Assembly: GCF_024223415.1 (NCBI RefSeq)
Contig: NZ_CP100500.1
Source: Escherichia coli
Lineage (GTDB): Bacteria; Pseudomonadota; Gammaproteobacteria; Enterobacterales; Enterobacteriaceae
DNA: 64,000 nucleotides
Direction: 5' to 3' (one strand)
Shown here: in pieces, positions 51,263 to 62,849 of the stretch
Layout of the letters: each line of letters opens with the position of its first letter
Position numbering within the stretch: the stretch's first letter is position 1
Notes under the pieces: model-generated
Told to the model about the DNA's origin: nothing
Database searches by the model: none
Seen by the model: the letters and a program-made list of their open reading frames with translations, nothing else
Translations under genes and position numbers: made by a program

Positions 51263-51318
51263 TCACTTTTCAAAAGTCCCTGAACTCTCAAGCGAATCCG
51301 CAATTAAATATTCTGCCC

Positions 51319-51420
51319 ATGCGGGGAAGGATGAGAAGCTTCGACCAAGGTTCGACTCGAGCGCCAGCGAGAGAGCGTTGCCGCAGGCAACGACCCGAAG
51401 GGCGAAGCGCGCAGCGCTGA
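51319..51420 (+). CDS. tpr: Protamine-like protein Tpr (33 aa, Arg-rich) in tyrT 3-prime repeat region
   Basis: [33 protein letters not shown]; location downstream of tyrT. Confidence 0.45.
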   Translation: MRGRMRSFDQGSTRAPARERCRRQRPEGRSAQR

Positions 51421-51422
51421 GT

Positions 51423-51441
51423 AATCCTTCCCCCACCACCA
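51423..51441 (+). repeat. Repeat of tRNA-Tyr 3-prime end (AATCCTTCCCCCACCACCA)
   Basis: Identical to last 19 nt of the tRNA at 51244-51262. Confidence 0.6.
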
Positions 51442-51581
51442 TCGCTTCCTGAAATAATCAAAACATGTTACTCCGAGCTAATTTTGCCCGATGGCACCAC
51501 GTTTACCGGACCTACAATATCCTCCCCTGTAGGTCGGATAAGCGAAGCGCATCCGACAACTCACCCCGCACCGTGCCCATA

Positions 51582-51606
51582 AAAAAACCCCGCCGAAGCA
51601 GGGTCT
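51582..51606 (-). terminator. narGHJI operon terminator
   Basis: Minus-strand GACCCUGCUUCGGCGGGG hairpin followed by UUUUUUU just past narI stop. Confidence 0.6.
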
Positions 51607-51624
51607 ATGTGAACTAAAATTCGC

Positions 51625-52302
51625 TTAGTGACGAGCGCGCACCAGCTGGTACTTACGTGTCAGATACTCCACCGGTACGCTCCAGATGTGTACCAGACGC
51701 GAGAACGGGAACAGCAGGAATAACGTCATCCCCAGCACCAGGTGTAGACGGAAGATAAACGCCACACCATCGAGGTGTTGAGAAGCGCCACCGTGGAAGG
51801 TCACCACCGACTGCGCCCAGCCAACCAGTTTCATCATCTCGCTACCGTCCATATGCTGAGCGGAGAATGGAATGGTCAGCAGGCCCAGCGCGCACTGGAT
51901 AACGAGCAGCGACAGGATCAGGATATCCGCTCCGGTAGTGGTTGCACGCACGCGTGGGCTGAACAGACGACGCTTCAGCAACAGCACGCCGCCAATCAGA
52001 CACAGCACACCGCTGGCACCACCAGCAAACATCGCCATTTTCTGTTTCACTTCAATCGGCAGCCAGGCTTCATACATCCAGTGCGGCGTCAGCATACCGA
52101 AGAAGTGACCAACAAAAATCCCCAGAATACCGATATGGAACAGGTTCGACGCCAGGTTCATCCCTTTGCGATCCAGCATCTGGCTGGACGCCGCGCGCCA
52201 GGTGTACTGCCCGTAGTCATAACGCAGCCAGCTACCAATCAGGAAGACCGCCCCGGCTATGTACGGGTAGATATCAAAGAAGAACATATTCAGGAATTGC
52301 AT
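51625..52302 (-). CDS. narI: Respiratory nitrate reductase gamma subunit
   Basis: 225 aa heme-b membrane subunit; operon order. Confidence 0.95.
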   Translation of the reverse strand: MQFLNMFFFDIYPYIAGAVFLIGSWLRYDYGQYTWRAASSQMLDRKGMNLASNLFHIGILGIFVGHFFGMLTPHWMYEAWLPIEVKQKMAMFAGGASGVLCLIGGVLLLKRRLFSPRVRATTTGADILILSLLVIQCALGLLTIPFSAQHMDGSEMMKLVGWAQSVVTFHGGASQHLDGVAFIFRLHLVLGMTLFLLFPFSRLVHIWSVPVEYLTRKYQLVRARH

Positions 52303-53012
52303 TAGTGCTGTCCTCCGGTGGTGATATTCAGATATTGCGGCGCGACGGCACCGGCAAAGCGACGCTGATGAGCAGTGATTGCTGAATCACCGCAGCCTTT
52401 GTCAGCAAAGAATTTAACCTGCTCTTCTTCCCAGACAGCATCCAGCGCCTGCGGCGTATCGTCGCGCGCTTCGTCGGCAATTTTTTCCGCCACTTTGTCG
52501 CTGTCGATAGCGGTATTCGCCAGTTTCATCAGCAGATCAAACAGCACGGCATAACGGCTTTCACGCTGTTGCAGACGCGCGCTCAGCAATGCCAGAATCG
52601 GCGCGATATCTTTCAAACCTTCCACGGCTTCGCTTTGCGGTAGCTGCGCCAGGTACTCCAGATACAGCGGCAGATGGTCCGGCAATTCGCGGCTGTTTAA
52701 CTGCAAGCCGTGCTGCTCGTACTGCGCCAGCAGGTCCACCATCGCCTGGCCGCGGTCGCGGGATTCGCCGTGCACATGTTCAAACAGCAACAGTGACGTG
52801 GCGCGGCCACGGTCGAACAGTTCGCTGTACTGCGCCTGGGCATCGAGCGGATCCATCGTCGTTAAATCGCGCAGGAAAATGCCCAGCGCATGGGCATCCT
52901 CTTTTGGCAGATTTTTCGACGCGGCAATCGCCTCAAACATCTCTTGTTGATGCTGCCATAAGGCAGCATCCGGATATTCAAGGAGACGCGATACAATCAC
53001 GAGTTCGATCAT
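52302..53012 (-). CDS. narJ: Nitrate reductase chaperone NarJ
   Basis: 236 aa; operon order. Confidence 0.95.
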   Translation of the reverse strand: MIELVIVSRLLEYPDAALWQHQQEMFEAIAASKNLPKEDAHALGIFLRDLTTMDPLDAQAQYSELFDRGRATSLLLFEHVHGESRDRGQAMVDLLAQYEQHGLQLNSRELPDHLPLYLEYLAQLPQSEAVEGLKDIAPILALLSARLQQRESRYAVLFDLLMKLANTAIDSDKVAEKIADEARDDTPQALDAVWEEEQVKFFADKGCGDSAITAHQRRFAGAVAPQYLNITTGGQH

Positions 53013-54547
53013 GGATGCGGCTCCGTTTTGCTGGTCACATCGATGGCATCGATACGACGGCTGTTGAACAGATTGAATTTGGTATCTGAACCGTGGCAGC
53101 CATCACCAAAGGTAAAGCCGCAGCCATTTTTCTCCGGGAAGGCTTCCCGTGCCAGTTCACGATGACTACTCGGCACCACAAAGCGATCTTCGTAGTTAGC
53201 AATCGCCAGATAACGGTACATCTCCTGTGCCTGGGCTTCGGTCAGACCGACCTCTTCCAGCGCACGGGTATCCACTTTCCCGTCAACGGTTTCAGCACGT
53301 TTGTAATGACGCATCGCCAGCATACGTTTCAGCGCGCGCAGTACCGGTTTGGTATCACCGGCGGTCAGCAGATTCGCCAGATACTGTACCGGAATACGCA
53401 GGCTTTCGACGTCTGGCAGAATGCCGTTGCTACCCAGCTCACCCGCGTCTGCTGCAGACTGAATCGGAGACAGAGGCGGCACGTACCAGACCATCGGCAG
53501 TGTGCGATATTCTGGATGCAGCGGCAGCGCCAGTTTCCATTCCATTGCCATTTTATAAACCGGCGACTGCTGTGCAGCTTCAATAACGCTCAGCGGAATA
53601 CCGTCTTTAATCGCCTGCTCGATGACTTTCGGATCGTTCGGATCGAGGAACACGTCCAGCTGACGCTGGTAAAGATCTTTCTCGTTCTCGGTGCTGGCTG
53701 CACGTTCAATAGCGTCGGCATCGTACAACAGCACGCCGAGATAACGGATACGACCGACACAGGTTTCTGAGCACACGGTCGGCTGACCCGCTTCAATACG
53801 CGGATAGCAGAAGATGCACTTCTCAGACTTACCGCTCTTCCAGTTGAAGTAGATTTTTTTGTACGGGCATCCGGTGATGCACATACGCCAGCCACGGCAT
53901 TTATCCTGGTCGATCAGGACGATGCCATCTTCTTCACGCTTGTAAATCGCACCGCTCGGGCAGGTCGCCACACATGCCGGGTTCAGGCAGTGTTCGCACA
54001 GGCGCGGCAAATACATCATGAAGGTGTTTTCGAACTGGCTATACATCGCCTTCTGGATGTTGTCGAAGTTCTTGTCTTTCGCCAGTTTGTCAAACTCACC
54101 GCCCAGGTCATCTTCCCAGTTCGGCCCTTTTTCGATTTTCGCCATCCGTTCCCCGGTAATCAGCGAACGCGGACGGGCAATCGGCTGCGATTTGCTGCCT
54201 TCCGGCGCGGTATGCAGGTTCTGATAGTCAAAATCGAACGGCTCGTAATAATCGTCGATCCCCGGCAAATGCGGGTTAGCAAAGATTTTACCCAGCAGCA
54301 TGGCTCGGTTACCCATGCGCGGTTGCAGTTTGCCATTGATTTTACGGATCCAGCCGCCTTTGTATTTTTCCTGGTTTTCCCAGTCAGTCGGGAAGCCCTG
54401 GCCCGGCTTGGTTTCCACGTTGTTGAACCACGCGTATTCCACGCCTTCACGGCTGGTCCAGACGTTTTTACAGGTAACTGAACAGGTGTGGCAGCCGATG
54501 CACTTATCGAGATTCAGCACCATGCCGACTTGTGAACGAATTTTCAT
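53009..54547 (-). CDS. narH: Respiratory nitrate reductase beta subunit (Fe-S)
   Basis: 512 aa; multiple Cys ferredoxin clusters. Confidence 0.95.
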   Translation of the reverse strand: MKIRSQVGMVLNLDKCIGCHTCSVTCKNVWTSREGVEYAWFNNVETKPGQGFPTDWENQEKYKGGWIRKINGKLQPRMGNRAMLLGKIFANPHLPGIDDYYEPFDFDYQNLHTAPEGSKSQPIARPRSLITGERMAKIEKGPNWEDDLGGEFDKLAKDKNFDNIQKAMYSQFENTFMMYLPRLCEHCLNPACVATCPSGAIYKREEDGIVLIDQDKCRGWRMCITGCPYKKIYFNWKSGKSEKCIFCYPRIEAGQPTVCSETCVGRIRYLGVLLYDADAIERAASTENEKDLYQRQLDVFLDPNDPKVIEQAIKDGIPLSVIEAAQQSPVYKMAMEWKLALPLHPEYRTLPMVWYVPPLSPIQSAADAGELGSNGILPDVESLRIPVQYLANLLTAGDTKPVLRALKRMLAMRHYKRAETVDGKVDTRALEEVGLTEAQAQEMYRYLAIANYEDRFVVPSSHRELAREAFPEKNGCGFTFGDGCHGSDTKFNLFNSRRIDAIDVTSKTEPHP

Positions 54548-57500
54548 TTTACGCTCTCCTGTACCTGGTCATTGCCTTCGCCATCTAACCAGTCAATGTT
54601 CTTCATCTTACGCACCACAACAAACTCATCGCGGTTAGAACCTACGGTGCCGTAGTAGTTAAAGCCGTATGCCAGATGGGCATAGCCGCCGATCATATGC
54701 GTCGGTTTCGGCGTGATACGGGTGACCGAGTTATGGATACCACCACGCTGTTGGGTAATTTCCGAACCAGGCAGGTTTACGATACGTTCCTGCGCGTGGT
54801 ACATCATGGTCATCCCTGCCGGAACACGCTGGCTGACAACCGCACGGGCAGTCAGAGCACCGTTGCTGTTGAAGACTTCAATCCAGTCGTTATCGGCAAT
54901 ACCCAGATCTTTGGCATCGGCTTCACTCAGCCAGACCACCGGACCACCGCGACCTAAAGTCAGCATCAGGAGGTTGTCGCTGTAGGTGGAGTGGATACCC
55001 CACTTCTGGTGCGGCGTCAGGAAGTTGAGCGCTTTTTCCGGGTTGCCGTTGGATTTCTGGCCTATCACTTCTTTCACCGAACGGGTGTCGATCGGCGGAC
55101 GATAAACCAGCAGGCTTTCACCGAAATCACGCATCCACTGGTGATCCTGATACAGTTGCTGACGACCAGAGAGCGTACGCCATGGGATCAGCTCGTGAAC
55201 GTTGGTGTAACCGGCGTTGTAAGAAACGTGTTCATCTTCCAGACCAGACCAGGTCGGGCTGGAGATAATTTTGCGCGGCTGTGCCTGAATATCGCGGAAG
55301 CGGATCTTCTCATCTTCTTTATTCAGCGCCAGATGCGTATGGTCACGACCGGTAAATTCGCTCAGGGCAGCCCAGGCTTTCACGGCTACCTGACCGTTGG
55401 TTTCCGGTGCCAGTGTCAGGATCATCTCTGCCGCATCAATTGCGGTGTTCAGCATCGGCTGGCCTTTCGCCGGACCTTCCGCTTTGGTGTAGTTGAGCTT
55501 ACGCAGCAGATCCATCTCGCTCTGGGTGTTCCAGGCAATCCCTTTACCGCCGTTACCGATTTTCTCCATCAGCGGGCCGATAGAGGTAAAGCGTTCGTAA
55601 GTTGCCGGATAATCGCGCTCTACGACCATAATGTGCGGTGCAGTTTTGCCTGGGATCAGGTCGCATTCGCCTTTTTTCCAGTCTTTCACATCCAGCGGCT
55701 GCGCCAGTTCAGCGGCAGAGTCGTGCTGGATAGGCAGCGTGACGATGTCGGTTTCTTTACCCAGATGGCCGACGCACACTTCGGAGAATTTCTTCGCGAT
55801 GGCTTTGTAGATTTCCCAGTCGCTTTTCGCTTCCCAGGCCGGATCGACTGCCGCAGACAGCGGGTGAATAAACGGATGCATATCCGAAGTATTCATGTCG
55901 TCTTTTTCGTACCAGGTCGCCGTCGGCAAAATGATGTCGGAATAGAGACAGGTGCTCGACAGACGGAAGTCCAGCGTAACCACCAGATCCAGCTTGCCTT
56001 CCAGACCATTATCCTGCCAGTCCACTTCTTCCGGCTTCACGCCGCCCTGCTGCCCCAGATCTTTACCCTGGATACCGTGCTCCGTCCCCAGCAGGTACTT
56101 GAGCATAAACTCATGACCTTTACCGGAAGAACCGAGCAGGTTAGAACGCCAGATGAACAGGTTGCGCGGGTGGTTTTTACCGTTTTCTGGTTGTTCTGCC
56201 GCAAAACGGATGGAACCCTCTTTCAGGGATTTCACCGTATAGTCCACCGGATTCATCCCGGCTTTTTCCGCTTCGCCAGCGATAGTCAGCGGGTTAGTGC
56301 CTAACTGCGGTGCAGACGGCAGCCAGCCCATGCGTTCTGCACGGACGTTAAAGTCGATCAGGTGTCCGGTATAACGGGATTTATCCGCCATCGGCGACAG
56401 CAACTCTTCCGCCGTGACGGTTTCATAACGCCACTGGCTGGAGTGGTTATAGAAATAAGAAGTGCTGTTCATGTGACGCGCCGGACGCTGCCAGTCAAGG
56501 GCAAACGCCAGCGGCTGCCAGCCGGTTTGCGGACGCAGTTTTTCCTGACCTACATAGTGCGCCCAGCCGCCCCCGCTCTGACCGACACAGCCGCAGAAAA
56601 TCAGCATGTTGATCAGACCACGATAGTTCATATCGAGGTGATACCAGTGGTTCAGCCCCGCACCGACGATAATCATCGAACGACCGTGCGTTTTATCAGC
56701 GTTATCGGCAAATTCACGGGCGATGCGAATAATCTGGCTGCGAGAAACGCCGGTAATCTGCTCGGCCCAGGCCGGGGTATAAGCTTTCACATCGTCATAG
56801 CTGGTTGCACAGTTAACGTCGTTCAGGCCACGTTCCAGACCGTAGTTTGCCAGCGTCAGATCATAAACGGTGGTCACCAGGGCGGTGCTGCCATCAGCCA
56901 GTTGCAGGCGTTTCACCGGCAGTTTGTGCAGCAGCACGTTTTCCAGTTCCACTTTGTTGAAGTGTTCCGTGCCGTCGCCACCAAAGTACGGGAAGCCTAC
57001 CTCAGCGATCTCATCCTGGCTACCCAGCAGGCTCAGTTGCAGCTCGGTTTCTTCGCCAGTTTTGCCGTCGCGCTGCTCAAGATTCCATTTGCCCTTCTCG
57101 CCCCAGCGGAAGCCAATAGAACCGTTCGGCGCAACCATTTCGCCATTGGTATTAAAGGCGACAGTTTTCCATTCCGGATTGTTTTCCTGGCCTAGCGCAT
57201 CAACCAGATCAGCAGCGCGCAGCATACGACCTGCAGCGTAGTAACCGTCGCGTTCTTCCAGCATCACCAGCATCGGCATGTCGGTGTAGCGACGCACATA
57301 GTCGGCGAAATACTGGCTTGGGTTGTCGAGGTGGAATTCACGCAGCATTACGTGGCCCATCGCCAGCGCCATTGCCGCATCGGTGCCCTGTTTCGGTGCC
57401 AGCCACAGATCGCACAGTTTGGCGATTTCAGCGTAGTCTGGTGTGACGGCAACAGTTTTGGTGCCTTTGTAACGCACTTCAGTAAAGAAGTGAGCATCCG

Positions 57501-58287
57501 GGGTACGCGTCTGCGGCACGTTTGAACCCCAGGCGATGATGTAGCTGGAGTTGTACCAGTCAGCAGATTCCGGTACGTCAGTTTGCTCGCCCCAGGTTTG
57601 CGGAGACGCAGGAGGCAGGTCGCAGTACCAGTCGTAGAAGCTTAAGCAAGTACCGCCAATCAGCGAGAGATAGCGTGCACCCGATGCGTAAGAAACCATC
57701 GACATTGCCGGAATTGGCGAGAAACCAGCAACACGGTCCGGGCCGTAGTTTTTGATAGTGTAAACGTTAGATGCGGCGATCAGTTCGTTCACCTCCTGCC
57801 AGGAAGAACGAACAAAACCACCGCGTCCACGCGCCTGCTTAAAGCTTTTCGCTTTATCGGCGTCTTCAATGATAGAAGCCCATGCCTCAACCGGATCGCT
57901 ATGCAGCGCCTTCGCTTCACGCCACATTTTCATCAGGCGTTTGCGCATCATCGGGTATTTCAGGCGGTTGGCACTGTAAAGATACCAGGAGTAGCTGGCA
58001 CCGCGCGGGCAGCCGCGAGGTTCATGGTTTGGCAGATCCGGACGGGTACGCGGATAGTCAGTCTGCTGGGTTTCCCAGGTGACCAGACCGTTTTTGACGT
58101 AGATTTTCCAGCTGCAGGAGCCGGTGCAGTTTACCCCGTGGGTAGAGCGGACGATTTTGTCATGCTGCCAACGCTGGCGATATCCATCCTCCCAGTCACG
58201 GTTGGTATTGAGAAGCTGGCCATGCCCATCGGCAAAGGTTTCACCCTTCTGTTTGAAGTAGCGAAACCGGTCCAGGAATTTACTCAT
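54544..58287 (-). CDS. narG: Respiratory nitrate reductase alpha subunit (Mo-bisMGD)
   Basis: 1247 aa; MSKFLDRFRYFKQKGETFADGHGQ. Confidence 0.97.
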   Translation of the reverse strand: MSKFLDRFRYFKQKGETFADGHGQLLNTNRDWEDGYRQRWQHDKIVRSTHGVNCTGSCSWKIYVKNGLVTWETQQTDYPRTRPDLPNHEPRGCPRGASYSWYLYSANRLKYPMMRKRLMKMWREAKALHSDPVEAWASIIEDADKAKSFKQARGRGGFVRSSWQEVNELIAASNVYTIKNYGPDRVAGFSPIPAMSMVSYASGARYLSLIGGTCLSFYDWYCDLPPASPQTWGEQTDVPESADWYNSSYIIAWGSNVPQTRTPDAHFFTEVRYKGTKTVAVTPDYAEIAKLCDLWLAPKQGTDAAMALAMGHVMLREFHLDNPSQYFADYVRRYTDMPMLVMLEERDGYYAAGRMLRAADLVDALGQENNPEWKTVAFNTNGEMVAPNGSIGFRWGEKGKWNLEQRDGKTGEETELQLSLLGSQDEIAEVGFPYFGGDGTEHFNKVELENVLLHKLPVKRLQLADGSTALVTTVYDLTLANYGLERGLNDVNCATSYDDVKAYTPAWAEQITGVSRSQIIRIAREFADNADKTHGRSMIIVGAGLNHWYHLDMNYRGLINMLIFCGCVGQSGGGWAHYVGQEKLRPQTGWQPLAFALDWQRPARHMNSTSYFYNHSSQWRYETVTAEELLSPMADKSRYTGHLIDFNVRAERMGWLPSAPQLGTNPLTIAGEAEKAGMNPVDYTVKSLKEGSIRFAAEQPENGKNHPRNLFIWRSNLLGSSGKGHEFMLKYLLGTEHGIQGKDLGQQGGVKPEEVDWQDNGLEGKLDLVVTLDFRLSSTCLYSDIILPTATWYEKDDMNTSDMHPFIHPLSAAVDPAWEAKSDWEIYKAIAKKFSEVCVGHLGKETDIVTLPIQHDSAAELAQPLDVKDWKKGECDLIPGKTAPHIMVVERDYPATYERFTSIGPLMEKIGNGGKGIAWNTQSEMDLLRKLNYTKAEGPAKGQPMLNTAIDAAEMILTLAPETNGQVAVKAWAALSEFTGRDHTHLALNKEDEKIRFRDIQAQPRKIISSPTWSGLEDEHVSYNAGYTNVHELIPWRTLSGRQQLYQDHQWMRDFGESLLVYRPPIDTRSVKEVIGQKSNGNPEKALNFLTPHQKWGIHSTYSDNLLMLTLGRGGPVVWLSEADAKDLGIADNDWIEVFNSNGALTARAVVSQRVPAGMTMMYHAQERIVNLPGSEITQQRGGIHNSVTRITPKPTHMIGGYAHLAYGFNYYGTVGSNRDEFVVVRKMKNIDWLDGEGNDQVQESVK

Positions 58288-58679
58288 CGGTTTTCTCCTG
58301 TGGGAGCCTGTCGGCCCTCTGATAAATCGACATTGCTAATGTTTAAGGGCAAGGTAACGCTCTGAAACAGCGTGGGAATTGATAACGATCAAGAGTGATG
58401 GGGATGAAAAATAAAGTAAATTCCTAAGATACCCCTTTAGGATAATTAACAGTTACAGCATAACATGCTGTAAATTAAGACATTTTATACCTGTAGCTAT
58501 TTAAACTATTAAGATTTTTATGCAAATGGGTATTAAGGAGTATTCCCCATGGGTAACATATTAATGGCTCTTAATGAAATCCGGCGAAATAAGCTATATA
58601 ACATTAGTATGTTGTAACTAAATAACGTATAAAAAAAGCGCGACATCATGCCGCGCAAAGGATAATCAAATATTAAGAT

Positions 58680-60071
58680 TTATTTTTTAGAATGCCGACC
58701 ATATACCGCCCAGGTAATCACTACGCAGGCGATATAGAAAATCAAAAATACTTTCATTGCGCCGACTGGCGAACCCGTTAATGCCAGCGAGCTACCGAAC
58801 GCTTTCGGGATAAAGAAGCCACCAATCGCGCCAATCGCAGAGATGAAACCCAACGCCGCCGCCGTGTCGGTTGCCGCTTCACGCATCGCACGTTCGTCAG
58901 ACCCCCCTTCTGCTTTCACGCGATCCATTGTCAGTTTACGGAAGATCACTGAAATCATCTGGAAAGTGGAACCACTACCCAGCCCAGCTGTCAGGAACAG
59001 CGCCAGGAAGACCGCGAAGAACGCCATGAAGCTTCCGCCCTGCCCGTCAGTCGGTAAGGTCAGGAACAGCAGGCCGCTGAAAATCGCCATCAGAATAAAG
59101 TTCACCAGCGTGACACGAGTTCCGCCCAGACGGTCAGATAATGCACCACCTGCAGAACGCGCCAGCGCACCAATAAACGGCCCGAAGAAAGCGTATTGCA
59201 GAATCTGAACATCCGGGAACTGCGTTTTTGACAGCATCGCAAAGCCCGCGGAGAAGCCGATAAAGGAGCCGAAGGTTGCCAGATACAGCAGGCTCATAAT
59301 CCACAGATGACCCCGTTTGAGTACCGGCAACTGCTCCTTGATGGAGGCTTTCGAGGTAGCAAGATCGTTCATGCCAAACCACGCCGCAATGGTGAAGATG
59401 GCAAGGAACGGCACCCATATCCAGGACGCATTCGCCAGATACAGCTCAGTCCCATCCGGCTGTTTGACGCCCTGGCTACCAAATACTGCGAAAATCGACA
59501 GTGATACCACCAGCGGAGCAACCAACTGCATGACGCTGACGCCCATGTTGCCCAGACCACCATTCAGACCCAGCGCGCCACCCTGCTTCTGTTTCGGAAA
59601 GAAGAAGCTGATGTTTGCCATACTGGAAGCGAAGTTCGCGCCAGCAAAGCCGCACAGCAGAGAGATGATGATGAAGACGCTATAAGGCGTGGAGGTATCC
59701 TGCACGGCAAAACCCAGCCAGACACAAGGAATAATCAGAATACCGGTGCTGAACGCAGTCCAGCGACGACCACCGAAGATAGGAACCATAAAGGAGTATG
59801 GAACACGTAATAACGCGCCAGAAACCGAAGGCAGCGCAGTCAACATAAATAGCTGATCGGTCGTAAAATTAAAACCGACTTTCGGTAAGTTCACCGCAAC
59901 AGCGCTGAACAACATCCATACGCAAAACGCCAGCAGCAGACAGGGAACGGAAATCCACAGGTTGCGGCTGGCAATACGTTGACCGCGTTGTTGCCAGAAC
60001 GCAGGATCTTCCGGTCGCCAATCTGTAATGACAGCTCCAGTAGCCCTTTCGGGGGCGGATGAGTGACTCAT
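58680..60071 (-). CDS. narK: Nitrate/nitrite transporter NarK
   Basis: 463 aa from ATG 60071 (MSHSSAPERATGAV); MFS transporter. Confidence 0.95.
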   Translation of the reverse strand: MSHSSAPERATGAVITDWRPEDPAFWQQRGQRIASRNLWISVPCLLLAFCVWMLFSAVAVNLPKVGFNFTTDQLFMLTALPSVSGALLRVPYSFMVPIFGGRRWTAFSTGILIIPCVWLGFAVQDTSTPYSVFIIISLLCGFAGANFASSMANISFFFPKQKQGGALGLNGGLGNMGVSVMQLVAPLVVSLSIFAVFGSQGVKQPDGTELYLANASWIWVPFLAIFTIAAWFGMNDLATSKASIKEQLPVLKRGHLWIMSLLYLATFGSFIGFSAGFAMLSKTQFPDVQILQYAFFGPFIGALARSAGGALSDRLGGTRVTLVNFILMAIFSGLLFLTLPTDGQGGSFMAFFAVFLALFLTAGLGSGSTFQMISVIFRKLTMDRVKAEGGSDERAMREAATDTAAALGFISAIGAIGGFFIPKAFGSSLALTGSPVGAMKVFLIFYIACVVITWAVYGRHSKK

Positions 60072-60409
60072 AGACACCTCTGATACTCGTTTCGATGTCT
60101 GCCACCTTAGTGTCTGTAGCTAAAGGCAATTTGATGTAAATCAAACGATAAGATAACTTTATCTATCATTGATATTTATCATTACCCATAGTGAGTACAG
60201 TGATTTCATAAAAATTATGAGATTTTTCACGGTGCTGTAGAATCCCTACCCTTACCGATGTAAAGCGACTAACCACACGGCAAATAAGGAGTAACTCTTT
60301 CCGGGTATGGGTATACTTCAGCCAATAGCCGAGAATACTGCCATTCCAGAATGTATCGTCACATTCATTAAGGTTATTGCTCATTTAAAGCCTGAAGGAA
60401 GAGGTTTAC

Positions 60410-62206
60410 ATGCTTAAACGTTGTCTCTCTCCGCTCACCCTGGTTAATCAGGTTGCGCTTATTGTGTTGCTTTCTACTGCTATTGGACTGGCAGGGATGG
60501 CGGTTTCTGGCTGGCTGGTGCAAGGCGTTCAGGGCAGCGCCCATGCGATCAACAAAGCGGGATCGCTGCGCATGCAAAGTTACCGTCTGTTGGCAGCAGT
60601 GCCATTAAGCGAGAAAGACAAGCCCTTAATTAAAGAGATGGAACAAACGGCATTTAGCGCCGAGTTGACTCGAGCAGCAGAACGAGACGGACAACTGGCG
60701 CAATTACAGGGTTTACAAGATTACTGGCGTAATGAACTGATCCCTGCGCTGATGCGGGCACAAAACCGAGAAACGGTATCAGCGGATGTCAGCCAGTTTG
60801 TTGCCGGGCTTGATCAGCTGGTATCTGGTTTTGACCGCACCACGGAAATGCGTATTGAGACAGTGGTACTGGTCCATCGGGTAATGGCGGTATTTATGGC
60901 ACTTTTACTGGTGTTCACTATTATCTGGTTGCGGGTGCGACTGCTACAACCGTGGCGGCAACTGCTGGCAATGGCGAGTGCCGTCAGCCATCGCGATTTT
61001 ACCCAACGCGCAAACATCAGCGGGCGCAACGAAATGGCGATGCTTGGAACTGCGTTGAACAATATGTCTGCAGAACTGGCCGAAAGTTATGCCGTACTTG
61101 AGCAGCGGGTTCAGGAGAAAACCGCCGGGCTGGAGCATAAAAATCAGATCCTCTCTTTTTTATGGCAGGCTAACCGCCGTTTGCATTCCCGCGCCCCGCT
61201 GTGTGAACGCCTGTCACCTGTACTCAACGGCTTACAGAATTTAACCCTGCTACGTGATATCGAACTGCGGGTGTATGACACTGATGATGAAGAGAATCAT
61301 CAGGAGTTTACCTGCCAGCCAGATATGACTTGTGATGATAAAGGCTGCCAGCTCTGCCCGCGCGGCGTATTACCCGTTGGTGATCGCGGCACGACCCTGA
61401 AGTGGCGGCTGGCTGACTCTCATACGCAGTACGGTATTTTGCTGGCGACTCTGCCGCAGGGGCGTCATCTTAGCCATGATCAACAACAACTGGTGGATAC
61501 CCTGGTTGAACAACTCACCGCCACGCTGGCGCTGGATCGCCATCAGGAACGTCAGCAACAGTTGATCGTGATGGAAGAGCGTGCCACCATTGCGCGCGAA
61601 CTGCATGATTCTATTGCCCAATCTCTCTCTTGCATGAAGATGCAGGTGAGTTGTTTACAGATGCAGGGCGATGCGCTGCCAGAAAGCAGCCGCGAACTGT
61701 TAAGTCAGATCCGTAACGAACTGAATGCATCCTGGGCGCAGTTGCGTGAATTGCTCACCACATTCCGCTTGCAGCTCACCGAGCCTGGATTACGTCCGGC
61801 GCTGGAGGCGAGTTGCGAAGAGTACAGCGCCAAATTTGGCTTCCCGGTGAAGCTGGATTATCAATTGCCGCCTCGTCTGGTGCCTTCGCATCAGGCAATC
61901 CACTTGTTGCAAATTGCCCGTGAGGCATTAAGTAACGCCCTCAAACATTCGCAAGCGAGTGAAGTCGTGGTGACGGTGGCGCAAAACGATAATCAGGTCA
62001 AACTGACCGTCCAGGATAACGGCTGCGGCGTGCCTGAAAATGCCATCCGCAGCAATCACTACGGCATGATAATAATGCGCGACCGTGCGCAAAGTTTACG
62101 AGGCGATTGCCGCGTCCGCCGTCGTGAATCAGGTGGCACCGAAGTGGTGGTCACCTTTATTCCCGAAAAAACTTTCACAGACGTCCAAGGAGATACCCAT
62201 GAGTAA
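60410..62206 (+). CDS. narX: Nitrate/nitrite sensor histidine kinase NarX
   Basis: 598 aa; HAMP and HisKA_3 ([10 protein letters not shown]) domains. Confidence 0.95.
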
Positions 62207-62849
62207 TCAGGAACCGGCTACTATCCTGCTGATTGACGATCACCCGATGCTGCGAACTGGCGTAAAACAGCTTATCAGTATGGCACCAGATATCACCGTG
62301 GTTGGCGAAGCGAGTAATGGCGAACAGGGTATTGAACTGGCGGAGTCTCTTGATCCCGATCTGATCCTGTTAGATCTCAATATGCCCGGCATGAACGGTC
62401 TGGAAACGCTGGATAAACTGCGCGAAAAGTCCCTCTCAGGGCGCATTGTGGTATTCAGCGTCTCTAACCATGAAGAAGATGTGGTCACCGCACTGAAACG
62501 CGGCGCGGATGGCTATCTGTTAAAAGATATGGAACCGGAAGATCTGCTGAAAGCATTGCATCAGGCAGCTGCTGGCGAAATGGTATTAAGCGAAGCATTA
62601 ACGCCTGTTCTGGCCGCCAGCTTGCGCGCTAACCGTGCCACGACTGAGCGCGATGTTAACCAGTTAACCCCACGCGAGCGCGATATTCTCAAGCTGATTG
62701 CCCAGGGTTTGCCGAACAAGATGATTGCCCGCCGCCTGGACATCACCGAAAGCACAGTAAAAGTGCACGTCAAGCACATGCTGAAGAAAATGAAGCTCAA
62801 GTCTCGCGTGGAAGCAGCGGTATGGGTGCATCAGGAGCGCATTTTCTGA
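62199..62849 (+). CDS. narL: Nitrate/nitrite response regulator NarL
   Basis: 216 aa from ATG 62199 ([19 protein letters not shown]); overlaps narX stop. Confidence 0.95.

Noticed and set aside
51527-51560. Imperfect palindrome CCTGTAGGTCGGATAAGCGAAGCGCATCCGACAA near the tyrT repeats
   Set aside because: Looks like an ordinary REP element common in E. coli intergenic regions.
54991-57195. Plus-strand ORFs of 437 and 277 aa inside narG
   Set aside because: Antisense to narG; Arg/Phe-rich low-complexity translations.
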